Source: Longimicrobiales bacterium
GTDB lineage: Bacteria > Gemmatimonadota > Gemmatimonadetes > Longimicrobiales > Gaopeijiaceae
DNA length: 64,000 nt
Assembly (NCBI GenBank): GCA_965202805.1
Contig: OZ241869.1
Coordinates: 2,112,001-2,176,000 of the forward strand
Direction of reading: 5' to 3'
Position numbers and translations under genes: made by a program. Positions 12,142 to 20,936 of this stretch are shown in pieces. The notes under the pieces are model-generated. The model was not told the DNA's origin and did not search any database. It saw nothing but the letters and a program-made list of their open reading frames with translations. Positions within the stretch are counted from its first letter, which is position 1; the number at the start of each line of letters is the position of its first letter.

Positions 12142-13305
12142 TCAGCGTCCGTCCACAGGCTCCAGCCTGAGCACCGCGGTCGGCTCGTCGTCACGATGGT
12201 CGATGGCGAGATAGATCAGCCCGTCGGGTCCCTGGCGCACGTCCCGGATCCGCCCCATCCCGTACACCAGCGTCTCCTCCCGGTGCACCGCCTCGCCGTC
12301 CATGACCAGGCGCGCGAGCTGCTCGAGCGCCATGCCGCCGGCGAAGATGTCGCCCCTCCAGCGCGGGAAGGCGTCCCCGGTGTAGAGCATCAGGCCGGAG
12401 GCGCCGATGGACGGCACCCAGACGTGGCTGGGGTCGGCCATGTTCTCGTCCATGGTGCCCTTGTGGATGGCGAGCCCGCTGCGGTAGTTCACGCCGTACC
12501 CCACGACCGGCCAGCCGTAGTTCTCGCCCGCCATCACCAGGTTGAGCTCGTCACCGCCCTGGGGCCCGTGTTCGGTCTGCCAGACGGCGCCGGTCTCCAT
12601 GTCGATGGCCAGCCCCTGCGCGTTGCGATGCCCGTAGGCCCAGATCTCCGGCTCGATGTCGGGGCTATTCAGGAACGGGTTGTCGGAGGGAACGCTGCCG
12701 TCCTCGTTGATGCGATTCGTGGTCCCGTGATGGTTGGACGGATTCTGGGCCGGGTGCGCCTCCAGATCGCCGGAGGGCGGGGCCTGGCGGTCGCCCACGG
12801 TGACGAAGAGGGTGCCGTCCGGATGGAACGCCATCCGGGCGCCGTAGTGGCCCCTTCCCTGCGAGTTCGCGAGGAAGATCTCCCGCTCCGGGGTGAAGGT
12901 GTCGTTCCGGAAGGTGCCGCGCAGCACCGAGGTGGTGGAGCCCCCCTCCACCGGCTTGGCGTAGCTGATGAAGAGGACGTTGTTGCTCGCGAAATCCGGA
13001 TGCGGCAGCACGTCGAAGAGCCCGCCCTGCCCCTGGTCGACCACCTCCGGCACGCCGGGCACCGGATCGGGCAGGAGGTTGCCGTCGCGGACGATGCGCA
13101 GCCTTCCGGGCTTCTCCGTGACCAGCATGTCTCCGTTGGGAAGCCAGGCCATCGACCAGGGCCGGATCAGTCCGTCGGCCACGGTCACGACGCGGTAGTC
13201 GTGTTCGAGCGAGCGGACGACGCCCGACTGCGCCGAGACGGGGGTCGGAGCAAGAGCCGACAGCAGAAGTCCGGCGGCGGCGAGTGCGAAGAAGGAGCGG
13301 GCCAT
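12142..13305 (-). CDS. PQQ-dependent soluble aldose/glucose-sorbosone dehydrogenase (GSDH/YliI family)
   Basis: PWSMAWLPNG, GQGGLFDV.PHPDF, GHYGAR, YGHRNAQG, EHGPQGGDELN, NYGWP, RIRDVRQGPDG. Signal peptide and AGGAG RBS. Confidence 0.92.
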   Translation of the reverse strand: MARSFFALAAAGLLLSALAPTPVSAQSGVVRSLEHDYRVVTVADGLIRPWSMAWLPNGDMLVTEKPGRLRIVRDGNLLPDPVPGVPEVVDQGQGGLFDVLPHPDFASNNVLFISYAKPVEGGSTTSVLRGTFRNDTFTPEREIFLANSQGRGHYGARMAFHPDGTLFVTVGDRQAPPSGDLEAHPAQNPSNHHGTTNRINEDGSVPSDNPFLNSPDIEPEIWAYGHRNAQGLAIDMETGAVWQTEHGPQGGDELNLVMAGENYGWPVVGYGVNYRSGLAIHKGTMDENMADPSHVWVPSIGASGLMLYTGDAFPRWRGDIFAGGMALEQLARLVMDGEAVHREETLVYGMGRIRDVRQGPDGLIYLAIDHRDDEPTAVLRLEPVDGR

Positions 13306-13441
13306 CTGAGTTCTCCTGAAAGGGTCCAAGTCTATCGGAAATGTTATCGCCGGGACGGAATGCGGGCGAGTGGGGGCGCGATGATCGGGTGCCCGGACGA
13401 TTTCCTGTTGCCGGATCTCCGCGCGGCGCTCGGCATGGCCA

Positions 13442-14758
13442 TCAATTGAAGCCCTGAATGCCCCGGAAACGGTTGTTCACGACGTTGTTGAACAGCGAGC
13501 CGAACTGGAACGAGAACCCGAGGCGAAGATTGTAGTCGTACGAGGTGGCCCGCAGCCGCAGCGCGAGCAGGGCTTCCTCGTCGGTCACGCCCTCCCCCGA
13601 CAGATAGATCTGGTCCTCGACCCGCCGGATGCTGCCGCGCGCATTGATGCTGAAGCCCCGCACCACGCGGTAGTCGATGTCCCCGCGCAGCGAGATGTTG
13701 TAGAGGCTGGTGTCGTGAAGGAACTGGGATCCCTGCAGGGTCACGCCCGCATCGCCCCAGTCCTGCCGCTGCGAGAAGTCGACCTCGAAGGAGTGTTCCG
13801 CGCGCGTCTCCTGGTCCTCCCCGTACGTGGTCGTCTCGAAGTACTCCCGGTACGCCGCGCCGATGCGGTAGGAAGCGGTCAGGGAGCGCCGGGTGGCTTC
13901 CTCGTAGGGAAAGAAGCTGTACTCGATGACGGGGGTCAGTTCGACCCGGACCCGCTGGTTGAATCGCGTCGTGCGCGCGGACTGCAGCTGCATCCCGGTC
14001 GACCAGTGGTCGGCGAGCGCGTAGACCGCGGTCTGGTTGAAGTTCCAGTCCACCCGGGTATCCGAGAAATCGCCGTCGTCGAGCTCCACGAGGAGCCGGT
14101 TGTAGCTGGTCCGGATGTTGGTCCGCACCTTCCATGTCGGGGTGACCCGGGATATGGAGAAGCTGCCGGAGCTCTGCACTCGTCTGCGGGTCGACTCGCC
14201 ATCGAACTCACCGCTGCCGTTGATGCGGAACACCCACAGGTCCCAGCGGTCCTCGACCTCGGAGCGCGCGACCACGCGCTCGCCCGTCACGTCCCGCGGG
14301 GTGACGCTCACCAGGCTCACGATGTCGCGGAATCCGGCACTGGTGGCGAAGCTCGCCAGGCCGACGCCCAGTGCGTGGGCGAAGCCGTCCAGCTGTTCGC
14401 GCTCGGTGTCGGTGGGGGACGACTGGTACCGGACCGCGGACTCGTAGCCTTCGTAGGGGCCGGCGCCGAGGTAGTCGAAGCGAAACTCCCTGCCCCCGCT
14501 GCCGGTGCCCAGGCTGGTGATGATGACGTGCACGTCGGACGCGGCGGGATCTCGCACCCAGTTCACCCAGTCGATCTCGGTGCGGTAGTAGTCGAGGTTG
14601 CACCTGGGGCCGGAGCAGTCGAAGAAGACGTTGGGCCGCTCCACGGGCGCGGCTTCTTCCTGGGCGAGGGCGCGCGCCGGCGCCGGGAGCGCCGCCAGCA
14701 GTAGGAGGGGCGTCAGAGCCGGAAGAACGGCCCGCGGTCGGCGAGTTGAGCCTCGCAT
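13442..14758 (-). CDS. Hypothetical exported protein, probable outer-membrane beta-barrel with an N-terminal periplasmic domain
   Basis: Signal peptide ending ALA-QEE, N-terminal FFDCSGPRC, alternating aromatic beta-strand pattern in the C-terminal half (YNLRLGFSFQF). Start uncertain (14758 or 14797). Confidence 0.65.
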   Translation of the reverse strand: MRGSTRRPRAVLPALTPLLLLAALPAPARALAQEEAAPVERPNVFFDCSGPRCNLDYYRTEIDWVNWVRDPAASDVHVIITSLGTGSGGREFRFDYLGAGPYEGYESAVRYQSSPTDTEREQLDGFAHALGVGLASFATSAGFRDIVSLVSVTPRDVTGERVVARSEVEDRWDLWVFRINGSGEFDGESTRRRVQSSGSFSISRVTPTWKVRTNIRTSYNRLLVELDDGDFSDTRVDWNFNQTAVYALADHWSTGMQLQSARTTRFNQRVRVELTPVIEYSFFPYEEATRRSLTASYRIGAAYREYFETTTYGEDQETRAEHSFEVDFSQRQDWGDAGVTLQGSQFLHDTSLYNISLRGDIDYRVVRGFSINARGSIRRVEDQIYLSGEGVTDEEALLALRLRATSYDYNLRLGFSFQFGSLFNNVVNNRFRGIQGFN

Positions 14759-15050
14759 GGGGCCGCGAAGCGGAGCTCGGGGGAGCGGAGTGGGCAACGC
14801 GATGAGGATGGCTGCTGAAGCGCGCTCGGGTTCGGGGCCGTCGGTTCCGGGAGCCCGGCAGGCTCCACGGGCAGGGACTTCGGAAGATGCAATAGTGTTG
14901 AGCCCTGCGGTAGATGCCCGGCGGGGAGCGGAGCGCTACTGGCGTTTTCCGCGCCCACGCGTGCATGATCCGGTACCGCGTGCCCCGGCATGCGCCGCCG
15001 GTACCCGTGACGCGTCACCCGTCCCCGTTCCCGTTTCGGAGGCTCTCCCC

Positions 15051-16769
15051 ATGCGCTGGCTACGACCCTGCTCCGGCTCCCGCGGCCTGTGCGTTGCGGC
15101 CCCCGTTCTCGCTGCTGCGGTCGTCGCGTCGTGCGCGCCCGCCGGGGATGCTCCCGGCACCGGGGAGGCGGCGTCCGCGACGGGCGCCAACCCCATGGTC
15201 GAGCTCCTGTCGAGCGGCCAGCCGGTCTTCGGCATCTTCTCCGGCGAGCACACGCCCGGGCAGGGCGCGCGCATGGCCCGCAACCGGGAGGCGGACTTCG
15301 TCTTCTATTCGCTCGAGTCCGGACCCTTCGACATCCCCGCCATGGAGGCGTACATGGAGGGGATGCGCGAGGGAGCCGGCGATTACGCCCCCCAGCCGGT
15401 GGCGCTGCGCATCCCGCCCATCCGGGACGGGGCCGACTCGGCCCGGGCGCGGGCGCGGGCAGGGCTGGACGCCGGCGCCCGTTCCATCGTGTACCCACAC
15501 GTGGAGAGCGTCGAGGAGGCGGAACTGGCGGTTGGGGCGCTCGGCGACGCGGCGTGGCCGGGCAACCCGGACGGGAACCTGGTGAACATCCTGCTCATCG
15601 AGGACCAGGTCGGGATCGAACGCGCGGCTGAGATCGTGCGCACCCCCGGGGTGAGCGTGGTGATCCCCGGCCCGGGCGACCTGCGGCGCGCCTACGAGGG
15701 GGACATGGAGGCGGTGGAGGCCGCCATCCAGACCGTTCTGGCGGAGTGCCTGGCGGCAGACGTGCCCTGCGGCATCACGGCAGGGCCCGACGATATCGGT
15801 GAGCGCCTCGACCAGGGTTTCAGGTTCTTCATCGTGACGTCGCCGGAGGCGCTCACGGTCGGGCGCGCCCACGCCGGACGGGCGGAGGCCGAGGTCGCGC
15901 GCGCTTCCGGCACGATCGGGCTCTGGGAGCGCGACCTGGCCGCCTTCGGGGTGTTCGTTCCGCCGGAGTTTGCCGGCGGAGCAGGACCGGGCGGGGGCGG
16001 CAGGCCAGGGCCGGGCGCGGAGCCGGGCGAAGGTGCTGAGCCGGGTGGCCCGCCGGGTGCACGCGCGGGTGCTGAGCCGGGGGCCGGCGCGCGCGGACAG
16101 AGGGGGCCGCCGCGATACACCGTCGAGGGTGGGCGTGAGCTGGCGCGCGATCCGCTTCTGGACTTCGTCTTCCTCAACCTGGAACGGAACTACGATCCGG
16201 CCGCGGTCGAGGCGATCGCCACCGGCCTGCGCTCCCCCGGCGCCGCGGGCCGCAAGACCCTGCTGGTGCGCATCCCCTCCATCGAACAGGACGGGGAGGA
16301 AGCCACCCGTGCCCGCGTGCGGGAGGCGCTCGAACTGGGCGCCGACGGGGTCGTCCTTCCGCACGTGCGCAACGTGGCGGAGGCGCGCGCCGCAGTCGGC
16401 TTCTTCGAGGACGCGGGCGCGGACGTGTGGTCGCCGGCCAACCCGGACGGCACGGTGATCGCCATGCTCATGGTCGAGGACCCGGATGCGGTCGCGGAGG
16501 CGGCCGCCATCGCCGATGTGCCCGGCTACAGCGTGCTGGCGTGCGGCATCGGCAGCCTCACCGGCGCCCTCGGCGGGGACCGCGAGGCGGCCGAGCAGGG
16601 CAACCAGGCCGTGCTCGGCGAGGCCACGCGGGCCGGGCTGGCGGACATGATCACCGCGAACGCCGGCGACATCGAGCAGCGGGTCGAGGAGGGATTTCTG
16701 GGGTTGCTCATGCAGGTGGGCGGCGCCGAGGAGGCCATCCGGCTGGGGAGGCAGGCGGCGGGACGGTAA
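15051..16769 (+). CDS. Lipoprotein with two tandem HpcH/HpaI aldolase-like domains
   Basis: Lipobox VASC. Two domains with FG(I/V)F, DFVF..LE, (L/V)RIP, (Y/L)PHV, (L/M)(I/V)ED and GPGDL/GIGSL. GGAGG RBS before ATG 15051. Confidence 0.8.
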   Translation: MRWLRPCSGSRGLCVAAPVLAAAVVASCAPAGDAPGTGEAASATGANPMVELLSSGQPVFGIFSGEHTPGQGARMARNREADFVFYSLESGPFDIPAMEAYMEGMREGAGDYAPQPVALRIPPIRDGADSARARARAGLDAGARSIVYPHVESVEEAELAVGALGDAAWPGNPDGNLVNILLIEDQVGIERAAEIVRTPGVSVVIPGPGDLRRAYEGDMEAVEAAIQTVLAECLAADVPCGITAGPDDIGERLDQGFRFFIVTSPEALTVGRAHAGRAEAEVARASGTIGLWERDLAAFGVFVPPEFAGGAGPGGGGRPGPGAEPGEGAEPGGPPGARAGAEPGAGARGQRGPPRYTVEGGRELARDPLLDFVFLNLERNYDPAAVEAIATGLRSPGAAGRKTLLVRIPSIEQDGEEATRARVREALELGADGVVLPHVRNVAEARAAVGFFEDAGADVWSPANPDGTVIAMLMVEDPDAVAEAAAIADVPGYSVLACGIGSLTGALGGDREAAEQGNQAVLGEATRAGLADMITANAGDIEQRVEEGFLGLLMQVGGAEEAIRLGRQAAGR

Positions 16770-16804
16770 TCGCGGCGGCGAACCCGATCCCGCTCCGGGA
16801 TCAT

Positions 16805-16840
16805 CGGGGTCGGCCATTCGGTCGGCCCCGTTTTCGGTTT
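16805..16840 (+). terminator. Rho-independent terminator
   Basis: CGGGGTCGGCC-ATTC-GGTCGGCCCCG hairpin (with G-U pairs) followed by TTTTCGGTTT, just after the aldolase stop. Confidence 0.7.
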
Positions 16841-17077
16841 CGGTGCGCGCAGTCCCGGCGCATTGCGCCCGGGAGCCATGCCCCGCGGCCCGGGCACCCC
16901 GGGCATCGGCATCGACCTTCCGTGCGAGCTCTTCGGCCCCGGCATCCGCACCACGCGGATCCAGCACCCTCGTGCTTCCAGCATCCCGCACCACGCGGTC
17001 CATGCGTCCATCAGGTCCCGAATGATCGGTTTAAGGCACGGCTTACCGCCCCGGTCCTCCCTGATATCGGTTATCTA

Positions 17078-17107
17078 TTGTCAATTACCCTTTTCTGATG
17101 CTATCAT
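17078..17107 (+). promoter_or_regulatory. Sigma70-type promoter of the carotenoid operon
   Basis: TTGTCA-18 nt-TATCAT with an extended -10 (TGC TATCAT), in a conspicuously AT-rich stretch. Confidence 0.6.
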
Positions 17108-17148
17108 GACACCTGACTCCGACCGCAAACCGCTCAATCGTCACACCT

Positions 17149-18153
17149 GTGAACGTCTTGACTGCCTCGCCAGCCGGCCTCGAGCCGGTGCACCTCGGCA
17201 CACGGGAAGTCGCAGAGCTTCTCGGCGTGCATTCCTCCACCGTCAAGCGCTGGTTCCGGGGGGCTCCGGGAATCGCGGCCCGCGATGCCGCTCGCCCTGA
17301 ACCCGCCCCGACGGCCGCCCGGGTCGGGACCACCTCCGGAGGGCATCGCCGCATCCCCCTGGACACCGCGCTGCGCGTGGCGCGGGAGCGCGGCAACGAA
17401 GTGTATCTGCACCGGTTCGGAGACGACGCCGGGGCGGTCTGGACCGCGGTTCAGGCGCTGGAGAACGGCGACGCCTCGCCGGCACGAAACCTGCTCTCTG
17501 GTTGGCTAAGGCTTCGGAGGGCGCATCTGATCGGCCGCTTCCTGCACCATGTGACGGCCGCGGATCCGGTCGACGCGCGGGTTCTGGACGGCGTGCTCGG
17601 GGGGTTCATGCGAAGGGTGGGTGAGGGGTGGAGGCGAGGGGAGCTGCGCATCGCCGACGAGCGCGCCGCCTCCCGCGAGGTGAGCGAAACGATTCTCTCC
17701 CTGGTCGGGGGCACCGGCTACGTGAACCGGCAGCAGGTTCCGCAACCGCCGGTGGCCGTCGTCGGCACCATCGAGAACGACCATCACGCCCTCGGCGCGC
17801 TCCTGGTCCGACTGCTTCTGGTTCAGCGCGGGTGGGCGGTCGAGTACCTGGGGAGCCGGATTCCGATTCCGGAAATCGTGGCAACGCAGCGTGACCTGGG
17901 GGCCGCCCTCGTGTGCGTGTCGGTGACGCCGCCCTCGGGCCCCGCCGATGTGCGCCGATTCATCGAGGTGGCGGGCGAACTCGCCGATCCCGGGCGCCCC
18001 TTCGCGCTGGCGGTCGGAGGAAGCGGCAGCAGGAGAGCCGGTTCGGCCGTACGCGCGTGGCCGCTCGGCCGCTCCGCGCGGTTCGCCAGCCTGTCGGCGT
18101 TCCAACGATGGATGGACCGGCACTTTCCGCGGACCACAACGGTTCCCGCCTGA
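17149..18153 (+). CDS. CarH/LitR-like regulator: MerR/excisionase-type HTH plus cobalamin-binding domains
   Basis: HTH GTREVAELLGVHSSTVKRW...TSGGHRRI. B12 cap region VGEGWRRGELRIADERAAS. B12 motif DHHALG...VEYLG...VCVS. First gene of the crt operon; GTG start. Confidence 0.82.
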   Translation: MNVLTASPAGLEPVHLGTREVAELLGVHSSTVKRWFRGAPGIAARDAARPEPAPTAARVGTTSGGHRRIPLDTALRVARERGNEVYLHRFGDDAGAVWTAVQALENGDASPARNLLSGWLRLRRAHLIGRFLHHVTAADPVDARVLDGVLGGFMRRVGEGWRRGELRIADERAASREVSETILSLVGGTGYVNRQQVPQPPVAVVGTIENDHHALGALLVRLLLVQRGWAVEYLGSRIPIPEIVATQRDLGAALVCVSVTPPSGPADVRRFIEVAGELADPGRPFALAVGGSGSRRAGSAVRAWPLGRSARFASLSAFQRWMDRHFPRTTTVPA

Positions 18154-18160
18154 TCCGCGC

Positions 18161-18958
18161 ATGTACGGCCTGACCCGGGTAGACAAGATCGGCCTCGCCG
18201 CCCTGGTGCTGTTTTCCATGGCATCGGTCGCCGGGTATGCCACCTTCGGACGGCATCCCGAACTGCTCGCGACGTTCCCCTCGTCGGCCGGGTTTTTTTC
18301 GGTGGCGTTCGAGGTCTTCGCCCGCGGCCACATCATCATCGCGTTCACGGCGCTGGCGGCTTCCCTGTCGGCTCGCGCCGGATGGGGCTGGGTCCCGGGA
18401 CTGGTGGTGGCCGGGGTACTTTCGCTGGGCGCCGAGCTCCTGGGGACCTCCACCGGTTTTCCCTTCAGCGCCTACCGATACACGGAGCTGCTGGGCTACC
18501 GGGTGGCCGGGCTGGTTCCCCTGCCGATCCCGTTCAGCTGGTTCATGATGGCGTTCCCTTCCTACGTCATCGCGCAGGGCATGGCGGATGCGCGAGTTGC
18601 GCGCTGGGGGATCGGGGCGCTGCTGCTGACGACCTGGGATCTGACGCTCGATCCGGCGATGAGTTCGCTCACGCGGTACTGGATATGGGAGACGCCGGGG
18701 CCGTACTACGGGATGCCGCTGGTCAACCTGGCGGGATGGTTCGCCACGGGGGTGGCGATCATGGCCGGATTCGACCTGGTGCGGGCGGGCGAGGTGGCCC
18801 GGCGCATCCCCGTCCCGCTGATGGAGACGTACTTCGCGACGGTGCTGGCGCTCTCGCTCGCGATGACGCTGGTGGGCGGATACTGGGGGGCGGTGCTCGC
18901 GACAGTGGCGGTGCTGGCGCTGGTGAAGGGGGGGCAATGGTGGGTGGCGCGCGACTAG
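18161..18958 (+). CDS. cruF: Carotenoid 1,2-hydratase CruF-like (DUF422) membrane protein
   Basis: AELLGTSTGFPFSAYRY, VPLPIPFSW, WDLTLDPAM, YYGMPLVNLAGW. Multiple TM helices; crt context. Confidence 0.85.
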   Translation: MYGLTRVDKIGLAALVLFSMASVAGYATFGRHPELLATFPSSAGFFSVAFEVFARGHIIIAFTALAASLSARAGWGWVPGLVVAGVLSLGAELLGTSTGFPFSAYRYTELLGYRVAGLVPLPIPFSWFMMAFPSYVIAQGMADARVARWGIGALLLTTWDLTLDPAMSSLTRYWIWETPGPYYGMPLVNLAGWFATGVAIMAGFDLVRAGEVARRIPVPLMETYFATVLALSLAMTLVGGYWGAVLATVAVLALVKGGQWWVARD

Positions 18959-20334
18959 CATCAGTCGGCAGCCTCGTCGAAACGGGGCTCGCCGGGGCAG
19001 CCAGGGCGGCTTCCGGCCGGGGGGTTACCGTGCCGCCCCTGCGCGGCAAGCTGCTCCGGCCGCGCACCGCTGTCGCGTTCGTGCCGCCGGAACGGCGCGA
19101 GCGTCTCCCCGACCGCTTCTGGCTCGGCTGCCTGGCGGTGCAGATGGCGCACGAGGCGTCGCTCCACCACGACGACGTCCTCGACGGCGGCCTCAAGCGC
19201 CGCAACTCCTGTTCCCTGATGGGCGACCGGGGCGCGGGCGCCGCCCTCCTCACGGGGGACCTCTATCTGACCGGAAGCTACCGGGTCGCGCTCATGACCC
19301 GGTCGGAGGAGTTTGTGGCCGCGTTCACCGAGGCCGTGGAAGCCACCGTGCAGGGCGAGCGGATGCAGGGGGAGGTGTCGGCGCGCGGGTGCCCGCCGGA
19401 CGGGTACCTGGAAGTGGTGCGGGCCAAGAGCGGTGCGCTCTTCGGGGCGGCGGCGGGGCTGGCGAACTGGGTGGTCGGGAACGCGGCCATCCGACCGGCT
19501 CGCGACCTCCGCGAGCTCGGGATCGAACTGGGAGCGTTCTACCAGTTGGTCGACGACTTCCTGGACTACTGCCCCGCCGACGACACCGGGAAGCCCAAGC
19601 TGCAGGACTTCAGGAACCGGGTCTGGACTTCCGTCCTGGGCGACCGCGGACCGCGGTGGTTCGACCGCACCCCGGAAGAGGCGGTGCGCGAGTTCTTCCT
19701 GCCGGGGAGAAACGGCGCGGAGCATGTCACCCCCGTGCCCTCCATGGCGCGCCGGGCCGCGGAGGACCTGCGTGCGCGGGGGTCGGATCTGGCGGCCAGG
19801 CTCCGGGCGGCCCAGGCCGATCCGGCCCTCATCGACCTCATCAACAAATGGATCCGGCGCTGCGAGAGCAGGCGGTGCGGGAGGGCATCGGACAGGTCGA
19901 CGCCGGACTCGTCGGGGCCAACGGATCCCGACCCCCCGCCCCCGCCGCGGACCCGCGCGCGACGGGCGCGTCCATCCCGCCGTCCTCCTTCACGGCCGTC
20001 GCCTCCATCGCGGCCCGCGCCCAGGCGCTGGGGCCCCGGCCGGCGTGGGGACGCTATTTTGCCCGGCACAGCCGCAGCTTCTCCTTCGCCTCCCGGCTCT
20101 TCCCGCCGGAGGAACGCAGGAGAGTGCGCGAGATCTACGCGTGGTGCCGGTTCACGGACGACCTGGTCGACGAGGCTTCCGCACCGGGGGCCGAGCTGCA
20201 TCGGACACTGGACGCCTGGGCAGCGATATGCGGGGCGGCGTACGGCGGGGACGCGACGAGGATCCCGCTCGCCGACGCGGTCATGGGGGAGATGGCAAGC
20301 CGGCGCATCCCCTTCGCTCTCGCCTCCGAACTGA
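18937..20334 (+). CDS. crtE: Polyprenyl (GGPP) synthase domain. Homology ends near 19866; the remainder of this frame looks out-of-frame
   Basis: GKLLRP, FARM HEASLHHDDVLD..RR, GDLYL, KSGALF, SARM FYQLVDDFLD, TGKP..QD. Confidence 0.8.
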   Translation: MVGGARLASVGSLVETGLAGAARAASGRGVTVPPLRGKLLRPRTAVAFVPPERRERLPDRFWLGCLAVQMAHEASLHHDDVLDGGLKRRNSCSLMGDRGAGAALLTGDLYLTGSYRVALMTRSEEFVAAFTEAVEATVQGERMQGEVSARGCPPDGYLEVVRAKSGALFGAAAGLANWVVGNAAIRPARDLRELGIELGAFYQLVDDFLDYCPADDTGKPKLQDFRNRVWTSVLGDRGPRWFDRTPEEAVREFFLPGRNGAEHVTPVPSMARRAAEDLRARGSDLAARLRAAQADPALIDLINKWIRRCESRRCGRASDRSTPDSSGPTDPDPPPPPRTRARRARPSRRPPSRPSPPSRPAPRRWGPGRRGDAILPGTAAASPSPPGSSRRRNAGECARSTRGAGSRTTWSTRLPHRGPSCIGHWTPGQRYAGRRTAGTRRGSRSPTRSWGRWQAGASPSLSPPN

Positions 20335-20936
20335 TCGAGGGCGTGCGCATGGACGTCGAGCCGCGCGTCTACCGGACCATGGACGACCTGCGTCGCTACA
20401 CCCACCGGGTCGCGTCCGTGGTGGGCGCCTGGCTGACGTATTCGTTCGGGGTGCGGGACGGCTGGGTCATCGAGCGCGCACACGTCCTCGGGCACGCGAT
20501 GCAGCTCACCAACATCATCCGCGATGTCGGAGAGGACCTCCGCCGCGGGCGGCTCTACCTCCCCGCCGACCGCATGGCGGCCCACGGCGTGAGCCGGGAG
20601 TCGCTCCTCGATGCACGGGCGCGGGCGCGGAACGGAGGAGGCGTGGGAGTCGCCTACCCCGGGTTGCTCGAGGAACTCATGGGCATCGCCGACGCCGCCT
20701 ACGCGGACGCATACGAAGCCATGCCCCACCTTCCGGCTTCCTTCCAGCGCGCGGTGGCCGTGGCCGCGCAGGTCTACCAGGGCATCCACGACCAGGTGCG
20801 CGCCAACGGCTACGACAATCTGAACCGGCGCGCCCATACCTCCCTGCCGGCCAAGGTCATGCTCGCTCGCCGGGGCTACGGGCGGCTGCGGGCCCGAAGG
20901 CGGCGGCGCGTCGAACGGCGCCCCGCTACGCCGTGA
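19848..20936 (+). CDS. crtB: Phytoene synthase domain, probably the C-terminal half of a frameshifted CrtE-CrtB fusion
   Basis: HSRSFSFASRLF, YAWCRFTDDLVD, YTHRVASVVG, LGHAMQLTNIIRDVGEDLRRGRLYLP. An in-frame ATG at 19848 has no clear RBS. Confidence 0.88.
   Translation: MDPALREQAVREGIGQVDAGLVGANGSRPPAPAADPRATGASIPPSSFTAVASIAARAQALGPRPAWGRYFARHSRSFSFASRLFPPEERRRVREIYAWCRFTDDLVDEASAPGAELHRTLDAWAAICGAAYGGDATRIPLADAVMGEMASRRIPFALASELIEGVRMDVEPRVYRTMDDLRRYTHRVASVVGAWLTYSFGVRDGWVIERAHVLGHAMQLTNIIRDVGEDLRRGRLYLPADRMAAHGVSRESLLDARARARNGGGVGVAYPGLLEELMGIADAAYADAYEAMPHLPASFQRAVAVAAQVYQGIHDQVRANGYDNLNRRAHTSLPAKVMLARRGYGRLRARRRRRVERRPATP

Noticed and set aside
16770..17148. Cobalamin riboswitch upstream of the B12-domain regulator
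   Set aside because: No recognisable B12-box or core riboswitch motifs by eye; an Rfam scan would settle it.
19313..20935. Apparent 540-aa N-terminal extension of CrtI; likewise the long extensions of ORFs 2613, 41810 and 45358
   Set aside because: Off-frame read-through over upstream genes or intergenic DNA. Internal starts with an RBS or stop/start overlap fit better.
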